Shown here: positions 9,798-18,899 of the stretch, piece by piece
How positions within the stretch are numbered: position 1 is the first letter of the stretch
Layout: each line of letters opens with the position of its first letter
From: Candidatus Poribacteria bacterium
GTDB lineage: Bacteria; Poribacteria; WGA-4E; WGA-3G
Reading direction: 5' to 3'
DNA: 64,000 nucleotides
Assembly (NCBI GenBank): GCA_965214095.1
Contig: OZ243938.1
Span: 4,640,001 to 4,704,000, forward strand
The notes under the pieces: generated by a model
Databases searched by the model: none
What the model was told of the DNA's origin: nothing
The model's input: only the letters and a program-made list of their open reading frames with translations
Translations under genes and position numbers: made by a program

Positions 9798-11450
9798 TTA
9801 TTTCACACGGATAATTCTGCGTCCAGTGAATGTTTGACCGAACATATCAGTTGTTCGGACATAGATGATATGTGTTCCTTTTTGACTATTCTCAGGAAGT
9901 TTGGCTTGCCATATATGATATGATTTTGGAACTCCATAATTTAGCCGTTTTCCTCTTTTTGGCAGTTCTGTATCCTCTTTCATAAGTAGTTTCATCGTAT
10001 CTCTAACAGTGGTATGGAGTTTCCGTTCAATGTGGTATGCTTCGTCACGTTCCTTGAGTGCTTTGAAAAATGGATCTTTCTGAGGCAAGTAGGTCATTTC
10101 TTTCCATTGACCGTTTTGTCCTAATCGCATTTCAACCATTGAGCGTTTATTTCCACCAAATACATTGACGAGTACATCTGTATTAGCAGTTTCTGATTGT
10201 GTCACTTCCCACGGTGACCAAATATTCATCTGATAATCTGCAGGTCGTCGTGCTGCTTTAAACCGAATTGAATATTGATTGCCGCTGAATGTAAAGATAC
10301 CGTAACCGTTCGGTGCACCGTCTCGCATGGTGGTGTGTGGAATTCCGATTTCATCAAGTGTCCCCTGCCACCAACTACCTGATGTGGTTGCATGATTGTG
10401 GTGGTGATGTTTCTCATTGCCTTCCCATCCGTGCTTTTGTCCAATGAAGTCATCTCTTTGGATATGTGTATGAGCAGATAGTGATAAAGTATGCGGATGA
10501 TCATTGAGTAGTTCCATTAATTTCTTCACATCCTGTATCTCGGTCAACGGAATATGCATGGATAAAACAACGAGTTGATCTTTCGGTACAAAAGCTAAGT
10601 CATTTCGGATGAACGTCAACTGTTGTTCTCCCACCTCGCTTTTGTAAGGTGGATTATCTTCCTTATCAGGGAGGAAGCGAACATTATCAATGTTGATGAA
10701 ATGGACAGGTCCCCAATCATAAGAATAACAGGTGGGACCATAAACGCGTTCAAAAGTTTCGTCAGCGTAACGGTCATCAGTTGCAAGACGATTCATATCA
10801 TGGTTGCCGTAGACATTATACCATGGTATACCTATAGTAGAGATAACTTCGTTGAGAGGTGTGAATAAGTTTAAATTGTCTCCTACCAGATCACCAAGGC
10901 TGAGACCGAATACTGCATCGGTACCGATAACTTCTTCAATAACATCATGTGCTAACCACTCAATTTCTTGCATATTACGAGGTTGCGTATCCCCGAAAAC
11001 GAGCACCTTGAAGGTGTCAGGTTCGGTTTGTTCGTAGAGAGGAAAATCAATTGACACAGGTATGGGACCGGTTGGCGCGATGCCAGGATATTTCAATCCT
11101 TCCGGTGAACCGTTCGGTTTGTGAATGTAATAGAATTTAGGGAGACGATTTTCATCAACTGGTGTCATATATCCACGTGGTTTAATTACAAATATAATGG
11201 TGTCATCATTGACTGAAAGCGAATACTTGCCGTTGTCATCGGTTTGGACAACATCATGTCCATTAGAAACACGAACCCCTTGCAACTCCTTCTCATTGTT
11301 ATCCTTGATCTGATTCTTGTTTGTATCCAGATAAACAGTTCCAGTAGCTGATGCGATGTGAGCGTCAACACTGTTTACAATACAACAAGACAGTAAGATA
11401 ATTAATAAAACTGTGAATTTATATTGTTTGGAAATCATAGTTATCTCCAT
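9798..11450 (-). CDS. Secreted calcineurin-like metallophosphoesterase (MetallophosN/C type)
   Basis: GDTQ, LGDLVGD, GNHD, HIP, AHTH motifs; signal peptide. Confidence 0.9.
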   Translation of the reverse strand: MEITMISKQYKFTVLLIILLSCCIVNSVDAHIASATGTVYLDTNKNQIKDNNEKELQGVRVSNGHDVVQTDDNGKYSLSVNDDTIIFVIKPRGYMTPVDENRLPKFYYIHKPNGSPEGLKYPGIAPTGPIPVSIDFPLYEQTEPDTFKVLVFGDTQPRNMQEIEWLAHDVIEEVIGTDAVFGLSLGDLVGDNLNLFTPLNEVISTIGIPWYNVYGNHDMNRLATDDRYADETFERVYGPTCYSYDWGPVHFINIDNVRFLPDKEDNPPYKSEVGEQQLTFIRNDLAFVPKDQLVVLSMHIPLTEIQDVKKLMELLNDHPHTLSLSAHTHIQRDDFIGQKHGWEGNEKHHHHNHATTSGSWWQGTLDEIGIPHTTMRDGAPNGYGIFTFSGNQYSIRFKAARRPADYQMNIWSPWEVTQSETANTDVLVNVFGGNKRSMVEMRLGQNGQWKEMTYLPQKDPFFKALKERDEAYHIERKLHTTVRDTMKLLMKEDTELPKRGKRLNYGVPKSYHIWQAKLPENSQKGTHIIYVRTTDMFGQTFTGRRIIRVK

Positions 11451-11460
11451 GGTAAAGGTG

Positions 11461-12411
11461 TTATTCTAATCCCCACTCATGACGAAGTTCTGCCATCGGT
11501 TTGTAACTCACACCTTTGTTGTAAAAGTTGCCTAACCAACTCCCATCTTCACGGAAAAAGAAACGGTCATCCTTCTCATCGGATGCAAGTTGATATCGTG
11601 TGTCAATGCTGATGCGGTAGCGATTAGAACGGTTGGGAGCACTGCTATGCATCATGTAAAATCCGAAAATAATTACATCACCGGGATTGAAGTGTGCTGT
11701 TGCCAATGTGAATCCGAATTTATCAACCATCTCGCGTGGATTAGTGCTAAACACTGCATCTGTCAAATCTCTGTCCATATCAGTCGCGCCGTATGTAGAT
11801 TTTAACCTATCATGTTGATGGGAACCGAGACATAAGACAAGTGGTCCATTTTCCAATCCGATGTCAGTCAATGCGCTCCACATCGTGTAACGGTTTTGTG
11901 TGCCGCGGCCAACATAAACGCTATCGTAGTGAAAATGGTTATGTCCACCTTTTGCCATACACCGCAGCCATCGTTTATCAAAAGTGATGATAGGACCACC
12001 GAGGAATTCTTCGTAGAACTTCATAGTTAGCTGGCTATCCACAACATCAAGAATCGGTTTTGCGTGAGCGACCTCGGTTTGACGAAAGAAACTAAATGTC
12101 TGATTTCTTTCTCCGATGATACCATCTTCAATCTTCGTATCAGGTTGTAACCCACCACGTTGTGCAATGTTCTGTAATGTCCAATGTGCAGCTTTCTCTG
12201 CATCAGTCCTTGGATGGAATCCTCGGATAAAGAGATAACCATCTTCTTTCATCTTTTTGTGTAACGCGTTGAAATCATTGAGAAGTAGGGAAGAATCAGA
12301 CAATTCAACGATTTCTTTTCCAAAATAAAACCGGTTTTCACCGAAGTCAAAGGGTGTTCCTATTTGGATTCTCTTTAGTTTTTTCATTGTCATAGTTTTC
12401 TTGATGATCAA
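11461..12411 (-). CDS. Phytanoyl-CoA dioxygenase (PhyH)-family Fe(II)/2OG oxygenase
   Basis: DGYLFIRG, HYD, GSH, GDV, H-S, R.SID.RY. Confidence 0.88.
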   Translation of the reverse strand: MIIKKTMTMKKLKRIQIGTPFDFGENRFYFGKEIVELSDSSLLLNDFNALHKKMKEDGYLFIRGFHPRTDAEKAAHWTLQNIAQRGGLQPDTKIEDGIIGERNQTFSFFRQTEVAHAKPILDVVDSQLTMKFYEEFLGGPIITFDKRWLRCMAKGGHNHFHYDSVYVGRGTQNRYTMWSALTDIGLENGPLVLCLGSHQHDRLKSTYGATDMDRDLTDAVFSTNPREMVDKFGFTLATAHFNPGDVIIFGFYMMHSSAPNRSNRYRISIDTRYQLASDEKDDRFFFREDGSWLGNFYNKGVSYKPMAELRHEWGLE

Positions 12412-12423
12412 AAGTATCTGGAC

Positions 12424-13227
12424 TCAATCATAATTACTTGGTCGATGATCCCCAAGCAACCTTCTCTGTCGTGGGTTAGCAAGGTCAAGAATCGATTCAT
12501 CAAACTGAAACTTATTCAAGTAGGGAGGGTATTTCTGTGTAATCATCCGTTGAGCAAAATGTACCTGTAGGAGGTAACGGACTTCGTTGCTGGTATTTGC
12601 TGAACCACGATGCCAAACTTCACTGCGGAAAAGCACCACATCCCCTGCATTGCATAAGATACTCTCCTCACCACGTTCATTCCACTTAGTCTGTCCATCT
12701 GGAGAACATCCGGAGAAATGACTACCCGGGACAAATTTTGTCGGTCCTAATTCCTCATACATATCATTGAGATAGTAATGTGCTGTTGTAATGAAGATTG
12801 GAACTTTGACGCGTGGATCGGAACGAACATCTGTGGGTAATCTAATGGGCAGCCAATCTGTATGTAACCCCTGATCTGGTCGTCCAGGACCCGTGATCCA
12901 TGATTGCATACCGATACAATGACAATCTCCACCATGCGTTGCTTCTGCTACTTCAAGAATCGGTGATTTGTCAAGGAATTGGAGATAGAGTGGATCACGA
13001 TTAAATGAGTTGTTTATGATTTTGTTAAGGAAACCACCACCATTGTCTGGTGTTTGGTGCTTATCATAGCATTCGGGGATGGTTTCTAAACGATCCATCG
13101 TATCTCGCAATATGGTGATTTCATCCTTATTTAGTACATTGGGAAAATAGACATAACCATCTCTTTCCAGTGCTTCAACTTGACTTTCTAAATCATTGTA
13201 GGCGACAAGTGAGAGTTCTTTTGCCAT
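12424..13227 (-). CDS. PhyH-family dioxygenase (paralogue A)
   Basis: HTD, PGSH, AGDVVLF, WHRG. Confidence 0.9.
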   Translation of the reverse strand: MAKELSLVAYNDLESQVEALERDGYVYFPNVLNKDEITILRDTMDRLETIPECYDKHQTPDNGGGFLNKIINNSFNRDPLYLQFLDKSPILEVAEATHGGDCHCIGMQSWITGPGRPDQGLHTDWLPIRLPTDVRSDPRVKVPIFITTAHYYLNDMYEELGPTKFVPGSHFSGCSPDGQTKWNERGEESILCNAGDVVLFRSEVWHRGSANTSNEVRYLLQVHFAQRMITQKYPPYLNKFQFDESILDLANPRQRRLLGDHRPSNYD

Positions 13228-13248
13228 TTAAGTTTTCCTTTTTGCTTA

Positions 13249-13351
13249 TATAGTAGATTTTGAAATTACTTGAACACTCTACACCGGCGAGGTTAGGAAA
13301 CCTCGCCTACCGTCGGATGAAAGTGTAAATATAATTTTATACTTCACCATA
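13249..13351 (-). mobile_element. 103-bp TA-ended MITE with central REP hairpin (copy 1)
   Basis: Ends TATAGTAGA...TTCACCATA; GGCGAGGTT-AGGA-AACCTCGCC-TAC hairpin; homologous to 33795-33897 and 49772-49874. Confidence 0.8.
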
Positions 13352-13433
13352 GTAATTTAAGGTGTCCTGCTGTCTGTCCACGCCCCGAATCCAGCATGAC
13401 ATCCTTGAAAAAGTAAAGTAAGGACTATTGCAT

Positions 13434-14009
13434 TTATTCTGATAATTCAATTACACCGCAACCGATACGCATGCCCGCAGCACCAGAAGGTTGTGAGGTG
13501 AAGTCGTCAGCATCAGCATGGACAATAATACTCTTACCTACAACATCAATGTCTGAACCTGTGCCAATTTCCCAGAGATCAGTGGTTAAGGAAATGCTAC
13601 CTGTTCCATCTTCTCCGACGTTAATATTCCCGATGTCTCCCAAATGAAACTCACCTTCTCCCCATTTTCCGTGTGCAACACTTGTGGGATTCCAATGACC
13701 ACCAGCGGATGTGCCATCGGGTGCACTGCAATCGCCGTATTCGTGTATATGAACGGCGTGAAGACCGAGGGTTGCACCTTGAATATCAATCATGAGCGTG
13801 ATTTGGTCGCCGTTTTGCGTGAAAACTGCTTCTCCGGTTATTCCACTGTCGTTTGATGAACCAATCACGGCTTTTGCCTGTTTTTCAGGTGCGGTTGGAA
13901 TAATTCCTGTCTGCTGTTGCATTCTCTCACACCCGATTAACGTGATAGAAATACTAATCAATAGTAGAAATATGGCTTTTACAATGATAAAGTCTTGCTT
14001 ATTTCTCAT
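13434..14009 (-). CDS. sodC: Cu/Zn superoxide dismutase, lipoprotein
   Basis: HAVHIH, SAGGHWNP, HLGDIGN, IIVHA, RIGCGVI; lipobox LIGC; start reassigned to ATG 14009 with AGGAG RBS. Confidence 0.93.
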   Translation of the reverse strand: MRNKQDFIIVKAIFLLLISISITLIGCERMQQQTGIIPTAPEKQAKAVIGSSNDSGITGEAVFTQNGDQITLMIDIQGATLGLHAVHIHEYGDCSAPDGTSAGGHWNPTSVAHGKWGEGEFHLGDIGNINVGEDGTGSISLTTDLWEIGTGSDIDVVGKSIIVHADADDFTSQPSGAAGMRIGCGVIELSE

Positions 14010-14085
14010 TAGAAACTCCTTTGAACGATATTGTAATGTTAAATTGGTTTGATGATTGATATTATACAACGTTACCCTAAATTCA

Positions 14086-14889
14086 TCAATCATAGTTACT
14101 TGGTTGATGATCCCCAAGCAACCGTTTCTGTCGTGGGTTAGCAAGGTCGAGAATCGATTGATCAAACTGGAATTTATTCAGATAGGGTGGGTATTTCTGT
14201 GTAATCATACGCATTGCATAGTGCACTTGCATGAGGTAACGGACCTCGTTACTGGTATTGGCAGTCCCACGATGCCAAACTTCACTGCGGAATAGCACAA
14301 CATCTCCTGCATTACATAAGATGCTCTCTTCACCTCGGTTATTCCACTCTGTTGCTCCATTTGGAGTGCAACCAGAGAAGTGACTTCCCGGTACAAACTT
14401 CGTCGGTCCCAATTCTTCATACATGTCGTTGAGATAGTAATGTGCTGTGGTGATGAAGATTGGAATTTTGATGCGTGAATCGGAACGAATTTCTGATGGT
14501 AGACTGATTGGCAACCAATCGGTATGTAACCCTTGATCAGGTCGTCCCGGTCCTGTCAGCCACGAATGCATTCCGATACAGTGGCAATCACCGCCGTGCA
14601 CAGACTCAACAACTTCAATCACAGGTGATTTATCAAGATATTGAAGATATAGTGAGTCACGATTAAAGGAATTGCTGATGAGTTTGTGGAGGAATGCATC
14701 ACCTTTTTCAACCGTTTCGTCACGGTCATGTGACTCTGGCATTGCTTGCAATCTATCCATTGTCGCACGCAATTCAGCGATTTCATCTGAATCAAGTACA
14801 CTTGGGAAATAGACATAACCATCCCGTTCAAGTGCTTCAACTTGGCTGTCTAAATCGTTGTAGGCGACAAGTGATAGTTCTTTCGGCAT
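14086..14889 (-). CDS. PhyH-family dioxygenase (paralogue B, close duplicate of 12424-13227)
   Basis: Same motifs and near-identical termini; start inferred from the paralogue (MPKELSLVAY). Confidence 0.9.
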   Translation of the reverse strand: MPKELSLVAYNDLDSQVEALERDGYVYFPSVLDSDEIAELRATMDRLQAMPESHDRDETVEKGDAFLHKLISNSFNRDSLYLQYLDKSPVIEVVESVHGGDCHCIGMHSWLTGPGRPDQGLHTDWLPISLPSEIRSDSRIKIPIFITTAHYYLNDMYEELGPTKFVPGSHFSGCTPNGATEWNNRGEESILCNAGDVVLFRSEVWHRGTANTSNEVRYLMQVHYAMRMITQKYPPYLNKFQFDQSILDLANPRQKRLLGDHQPSNYD

Positions 14890-14920
14890 ATTCGGTACTC
14901 CTTTCATACGGCAGACACTA

Positions 14921-15691
14921 TCAGCGAGTCCGCTTCAACCATGCCCATGTCGTAGTGAGTTTGTCTGTAACGTCTATAGAGAGGGGTTCAAGTTTCAGTT
15001 GGTTTGTCACATCAACATATACCGGTTTACCAAAGCCAATTTCACCATCATTTTTATTTTTTGTGCTATCTTTGGCATCACTATTATCAAAGCTATAGTG
15101 TGCGTTTAAGCCGTCCTCATCTCCATTTAGAATTTTCATCATGAATCTGTTGATTTCTACTTCAGTCCGTGTGACTTCCCATATACGGATTTCGTCAATA
15201 AGTCCTTGACAGAACCACTTTATACTGTCTCCCACACCGATATATAGACTCGCATCGGTGGCCGCTAACTCTGGTACATCATAGGGGATACTTCCCATTT
15301 TCTTACCATTAATATAGGTTCGCATCTCTTTTCCATCCCAGACACCAGCCACATGCTGCCATTCATTAAGCTTAAAGCCTTGAACATCAAGGATTTTCGT
15401 ACCTGGCCAGAGTACAAATCGCAATCCTGTTCCATTTTGGATAATCTCTGGAAAAATATAATCCCTTTTGCCTCCCCAATCCTTGGCAAGACATTCACCA
15501 ACTGTCTTTTCCATGTTCATCCATGCCTCTATTGTTATGGCTTTTATGGGATTGATGCTATCACTATTAGGTACTTCTAAGGCTGTGGATCCATCTAATT
15601 CAAGTGCTAAGTTTTTTGCTGAAGATATACTGTGTATTGTGAGACATATTGCAATTAGCCATAATAGGAATCGTATATTCAGACTTCTCAT
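14921..15691 (-). CDS. Secreted LamG/concanavalin-like jelly-roll protein with C-terminal 'KLTTTW..LK' motif
   Basis: ITIEAW, WQHVAGVWDG, GLIDEIRIW; ends DKLTTTWAWLKRTR; start inferred at MRSLN. Confidence 0.82.
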   Translation of the reverse strand: MRSLNIRFLLWLIAICLTIHSISSAKNLALELDGSTALEVPNSDSINPIKAITIEAWMNMEKTVGECLAKDWGGKRDYIFPEIIQNGTGLRFVLWPGTKILDVQGFKLNEWQHVAGVWDGKEMRTYINGKKMGSIPYDVPELAATDASLYIGVGDSIKWFCQGLIDEIRIWEVTRTEVEINRFMMKILNGDEDGLNAHYSFDNSDAKDSTKNKNDGEIGFGKPVYVDVTNQLKLEPLSIDVTDKLTTTWAWLKRTR

Positions 15692-15860
15692 TGCTTCTCT
15701 CCTTTGATAACTACGGGTCAATGTTTAACACTATGCTACGTTAACTTTGAGGAAGTTGTCAACATATTTATTGACTCTCAACGGAAATTGCAATCCTGTA
15801 CAGTTGGCAAAAATTGATGGTTGAATACCTATTGATGAATGTTCTCCTGTTAAAGTCATT

Positions 15861-17678
15861 TTAGTCTTCATCAATAGACCAGGTGCAGTTAATATTATTG
15901 TCTTTGTAAAATTGCTTGAGAGCTGGCTTATCAAACCATAATTGCATTTCTTTGCTTACGATATGACCAACACTACTCACCTTTAGGTAAAGTCCACCGG
16001 CAGTCCATCCAGGTATTATGTTATATTTTCCTGTCTGTGCGGCGTAAATGCTGAGTAATGCCAATGGTTCCATTGCATCAAGATTTGCTGTTTTATGATT
16101 ATCCTGTAGGAGTTCATAAACAGTTTTTCCTTCATGTCCCTCCTGAAGTTCAGGTTTGTCCATTACACGGCTATGAAAAACAAAATCATCTTCAAGTGTA
16201 AAGAGTCCACTGTCTTTGTGTTGTCTTTGTTTAAGTAGATTGTCACCTATATGTTCAGCCATCTTTAGGAAATCTGATTTTGGTTCTACACGGTATAGAT
16301 CTACTAATGCAAAGATATACGCAGGTTCAAGGGCAGTTGTCTCAAAGTTCAAATTCGGTTCACTGCTTTTGTCATTACCAATGTCACCAATGCCAAAGTT
16401 CATGAACATAGTTCGTAGATAGTCTCTGAATTCAGTTCTTCCTTCAGAAATTCTATATCCGCGCGCACAAACTGAAGTAAATAGCGGTGTTATATTTTGT
16501 GGTAAAAATGATCCACCTTCTTTCGCGCCAAAGTATAACTTCGCATCTCTAAATGGTCCTATAATCCTATAATCTGTAAGGTCTGTTCCATCAATAATGA
16601 TGCTTTTTAGTTTGTTATTTTGTGCGTCGTAGGAGGCGTTTAAGAAACCGATGATATGTTGTTCAACAGCCTCTTTAATGTGCATTATTTCACCGACACG
16701 TCCATACTTATATGCATTTTCAACGATTGTCAGCATACCCATCATCTGTGTAATAGTATGGTTCAATTGGTTGCCGACATAGACTCTCGGTTCAGTTGCT
16801 TGTGGATATTTTCTGCCGAACACATTGAGACCGCGTTTTGAACTCTGTGGATGAACCAGATTTGGCCAGATGCCAGTTTCAGGATCACGTTGTTTGATTA
16901 TCAGATTCAATATACGTTCTGCCCAAATTCGTGGTGCTTCCTCCTGTTTTTGATATCCTAAACTGTATCCTGCATAAGCTAAGTCCAGAGCAACACTGAT
17001 AAAAGACAAATCTCCACTGATTTTAGGTTCTTTAAATCCATCCCATGTTCTCTTCCAAGTACTTTCATGGTCAACTTGCTTTCTGAAATCCCCGTGTCGG
17101 TTGTAGTGAAGTGCATCCCAGTCTTTCATATTAACTTCCCAGATGCCTTTCATTAACTTTTCGCACCGTTCTTCATTCACCGCTCTCAACAATTCCCAGT
17201 AAGGGTATACATCTTCAATTTCGTGTACTACACCCTTCATGCCGTAAGTATTGGCAGTAACTAAGTCCACATATCCGTGTCCACCCCAATGAAGAACACC
17301 ACTTTCAGGGTACCAGTAGTTGTTGAACAAAAATTCTGCAGCATTGCCTGCAGCATCAACATACTTACTATCTCCAGTGAATTGACTTAAAGAAGCCAAT
17401 AATCGCATCAGGTTCTGTTGATTTTGAAAGAAACACCATACTGTTGGTTTAGGTTCAGTACCTGATCGGTAAGAAGTCTTTGAACGTGGTGCACTTAAAT
17501 GGTCTATATCAAGGCAATCAGCGAAGAGTGGCATGTCGTTACCGCTGTATCTATCTCTCCCATGTTCTATTGCAGTGTCTGCAAAGAGAGTCGCAGCTTT
17601 TAAGAAGCGGTTACTATTGATTTCGTTGAGGTTCAATTGGTCTCTGCCAATCCATCGGTTCATTCTAATGTGATTCAT
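15861..17678 (-). CDS. Polysaccharide lyase family 2 (pectate lyase-like) alpha/alpha-barrel protein
   Basis: PLFAD, QQNLMRLL.SLSQFTGD.KY, SG.LHWGGH, HE, PYWEL, DW..L..NRHG resemble PL2 motifs; no signal peptide seen. Confidence 0.72.
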   Translation of the reverse strand: MNHIRMNRWIGRDQLNLNEINSNRFLKAATLFADTAIEHGRDRYSGNDMPLFADCLDIDHLSAPRSKTSYRSGTEPKPTVWCFFQNQQNLMRLLASLSQFTGDSKYVDAAGNAAEFLFNNYWYPESGVLHWGGHGYVDLVTANTYGMKGVVHEIEDVYPYWELLRAVNEERCEKLMKGIWEVNMKDWDALHYNRHGDFRKQVDHESTWKRTWDGFKEPKISGDLSFISVALDLAYAGYSLGYQKQEEAPRIWAERILNLIIKQRDPETGIWPNLVHPQSSKRGLNVFGRKYPQATEPRVYVGNQLNHTITQMMGMLTIVENAYKYGRVGEIMHIKEAVEQHIIGFLNASYDAQNNKLKSIIIDGTDLTDYRIIGPFRDAKLYFGAKEGGSFLPQNITPLFTSVCARGYRISEGRTEFRDYLRTMFMNFGIGDIGNDKSSEPNLNFETTALEPAYIFALVDLYRVEPKSDFLKMAEHIGDNLLKQRQHKDSGLFTLEDDFVFHSRVMDKPELQEGHEGKTVYELLQDNHKTANLDAMEPLALLSIYAAQTGKYNIIPGWTAGGLYLKVSSVGHIVSKEMQLWFDKPALKQFYKDNNINCTWSIDED

Positions 17679-17912
17679 AATCTCTCCTAACTGTTCCTGA
17701 ACGAATTTCTATATCAAGAATATTGGATTATGTTACCACGATTTGTTTCAATTTACAATTCATTACACACTCCCAATTATTCAAAAAATTGCAGATCAAT
17801 TACTTTGTATGCTATAATTTAGAAAATTGTGTCATATATGAATACTCTATAAGACTATAAAACTCGCATTAGTGTCAACGATTATATAATAGATTTTGAT
17901 GAGGATAAAAAG

Positions 17913-18725
17913 ATGAAAGCAAAAAATGCTTTGGTATTAGTACTGGCTTTCTTGGTTTTACACACGAATCCACTTGAAAGTCAGGTTGTAGAAAAAGGTT
18001 TAGTTAGTTATTGGAGTTTTGATGATGCGGATGTTCAAGGAAAAACCGTTATAGATCTTGTAGGAGGAAATGACGGAACGATTGTAGGTACACCTAAGCA
18101 TGTCAAAGGCAAAATCGGTGAAGCGTTTGAATTCGGAGGAGAACCCGACGCTATTTCTGTTCCTTCTCCTGGGAATGGTAGTTTGGACTTTCATGCAGAC
18201 CAAGATTTCTCAATGATGGCTTGGATCAAGGTTGACAAACCACCAGAATTGGACGGAGGACAGTCCACAATCATTAGCAAGGGAGATGGAGGTGGCAACG
18301 CCAGAATCCTCTGGAAAATTTTAGCGACTAAACTACAGATGACAATAGCAAATGAAGCTGGTGGAGGTCCCAAAATCGACTTTAATTCTGTCAGTGATGT
18401 TGTAGATGGAGATTGGCATCATGTGGTCTTTGTCTCCGATAGATCGGATACGACTCGCATCTATATTGATAACAAGCTTGATGCCGAGGGTGGACCTTCT
18501 GAAGGAACAGATGTTACCACAGACTCTCACTTGTACATTGGTGCATCTGTCAGAAGCGGCGAAGTCACACGTAGATATTTTGAAGGGTTAATTGACGAGG
18601 TAGGGATATATAATCGAGCGTTGTCAGGTGATGAAATCAGACAGAATTTCAATGCAAACGGACTTGATGTTAGTCCTCAAGAGAAACTGGCTATTGTATG
18701 GGGAGCGATAAAGGTTTCAAGGTAA
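17913..18725 (+). CDS. Secreted LamG domain protein with C-terminal 'P.EKLA..WG.IK' motif
   Basis: GLVSYWSFD, GKIGEAFEF, WHHVVFV, FEGLIDEVGIYNRALS. Confidence 0.87.
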   Translation: MKAKNALVLVLAFLVLHTNPLESQVVEKGLVSYWSFDDADVQGKTVIDLVGGNDGTIVGTPKHVKGKIGEAFEFGGEPDAISVPSPGNGSLDFHADQDFSMMAWIKVDKPPELDGGQSTIISKGDGGGNARILWKILATKLQMTIANEAGGGPKIDFNSVSDVVDGDWHHVVFVSDRSDTTRIYIDNKLDAEGGPSEGTDVTTDSHLYIGASVRSGEVTRRYFEGLIDEVGIYNRALSGDEIRQNFNANGLDVSPQEKLAIVWGAIKVSR

Positions 18726-18754
18726 CTACAATTTGTGAACCTATAAGATATGAA

Positions 18755-18813
18755 GTGAGTTTGATAATTCAATTCAGTAACCATAGGAGGTCGGGTTGAA
18801 TTATCCAACTCAC
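18755..18813. repeat. Short inverted repeat with GTGAGTT(T/G)GATAA ends, related to the TIR of 27684-27829
   Basis: GTGAGTTTGATAATTCAA ... TTGAATTATCCAACTCAC. Confidence 0.55.
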
Positions 18814-18837
18814 ATTAGATACAAAATATGGCTGAAC

Positions 18838-18878
18838 GAAGTGTCACAGTTGCTTTGATAGTACAACTGTGACACTTC
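18838..18878. terminator. Hairpin/terminator downstream of 18900-21548
   Basis: GAAGTGTCACAGTTG...CAACTGTGACACTTC; homologous hairpins follow the other two paralogues. Confidence 0.65.
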
Positions 18879-18899
18879 TAAATTCTTTGCGGGTTGCCC

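Noticed and set aside
14010-14165. N-terminal extension of sodC overlapping the PhyH gene
   Set aside because: An RBS and lipoprotein leader support the start at 14009.
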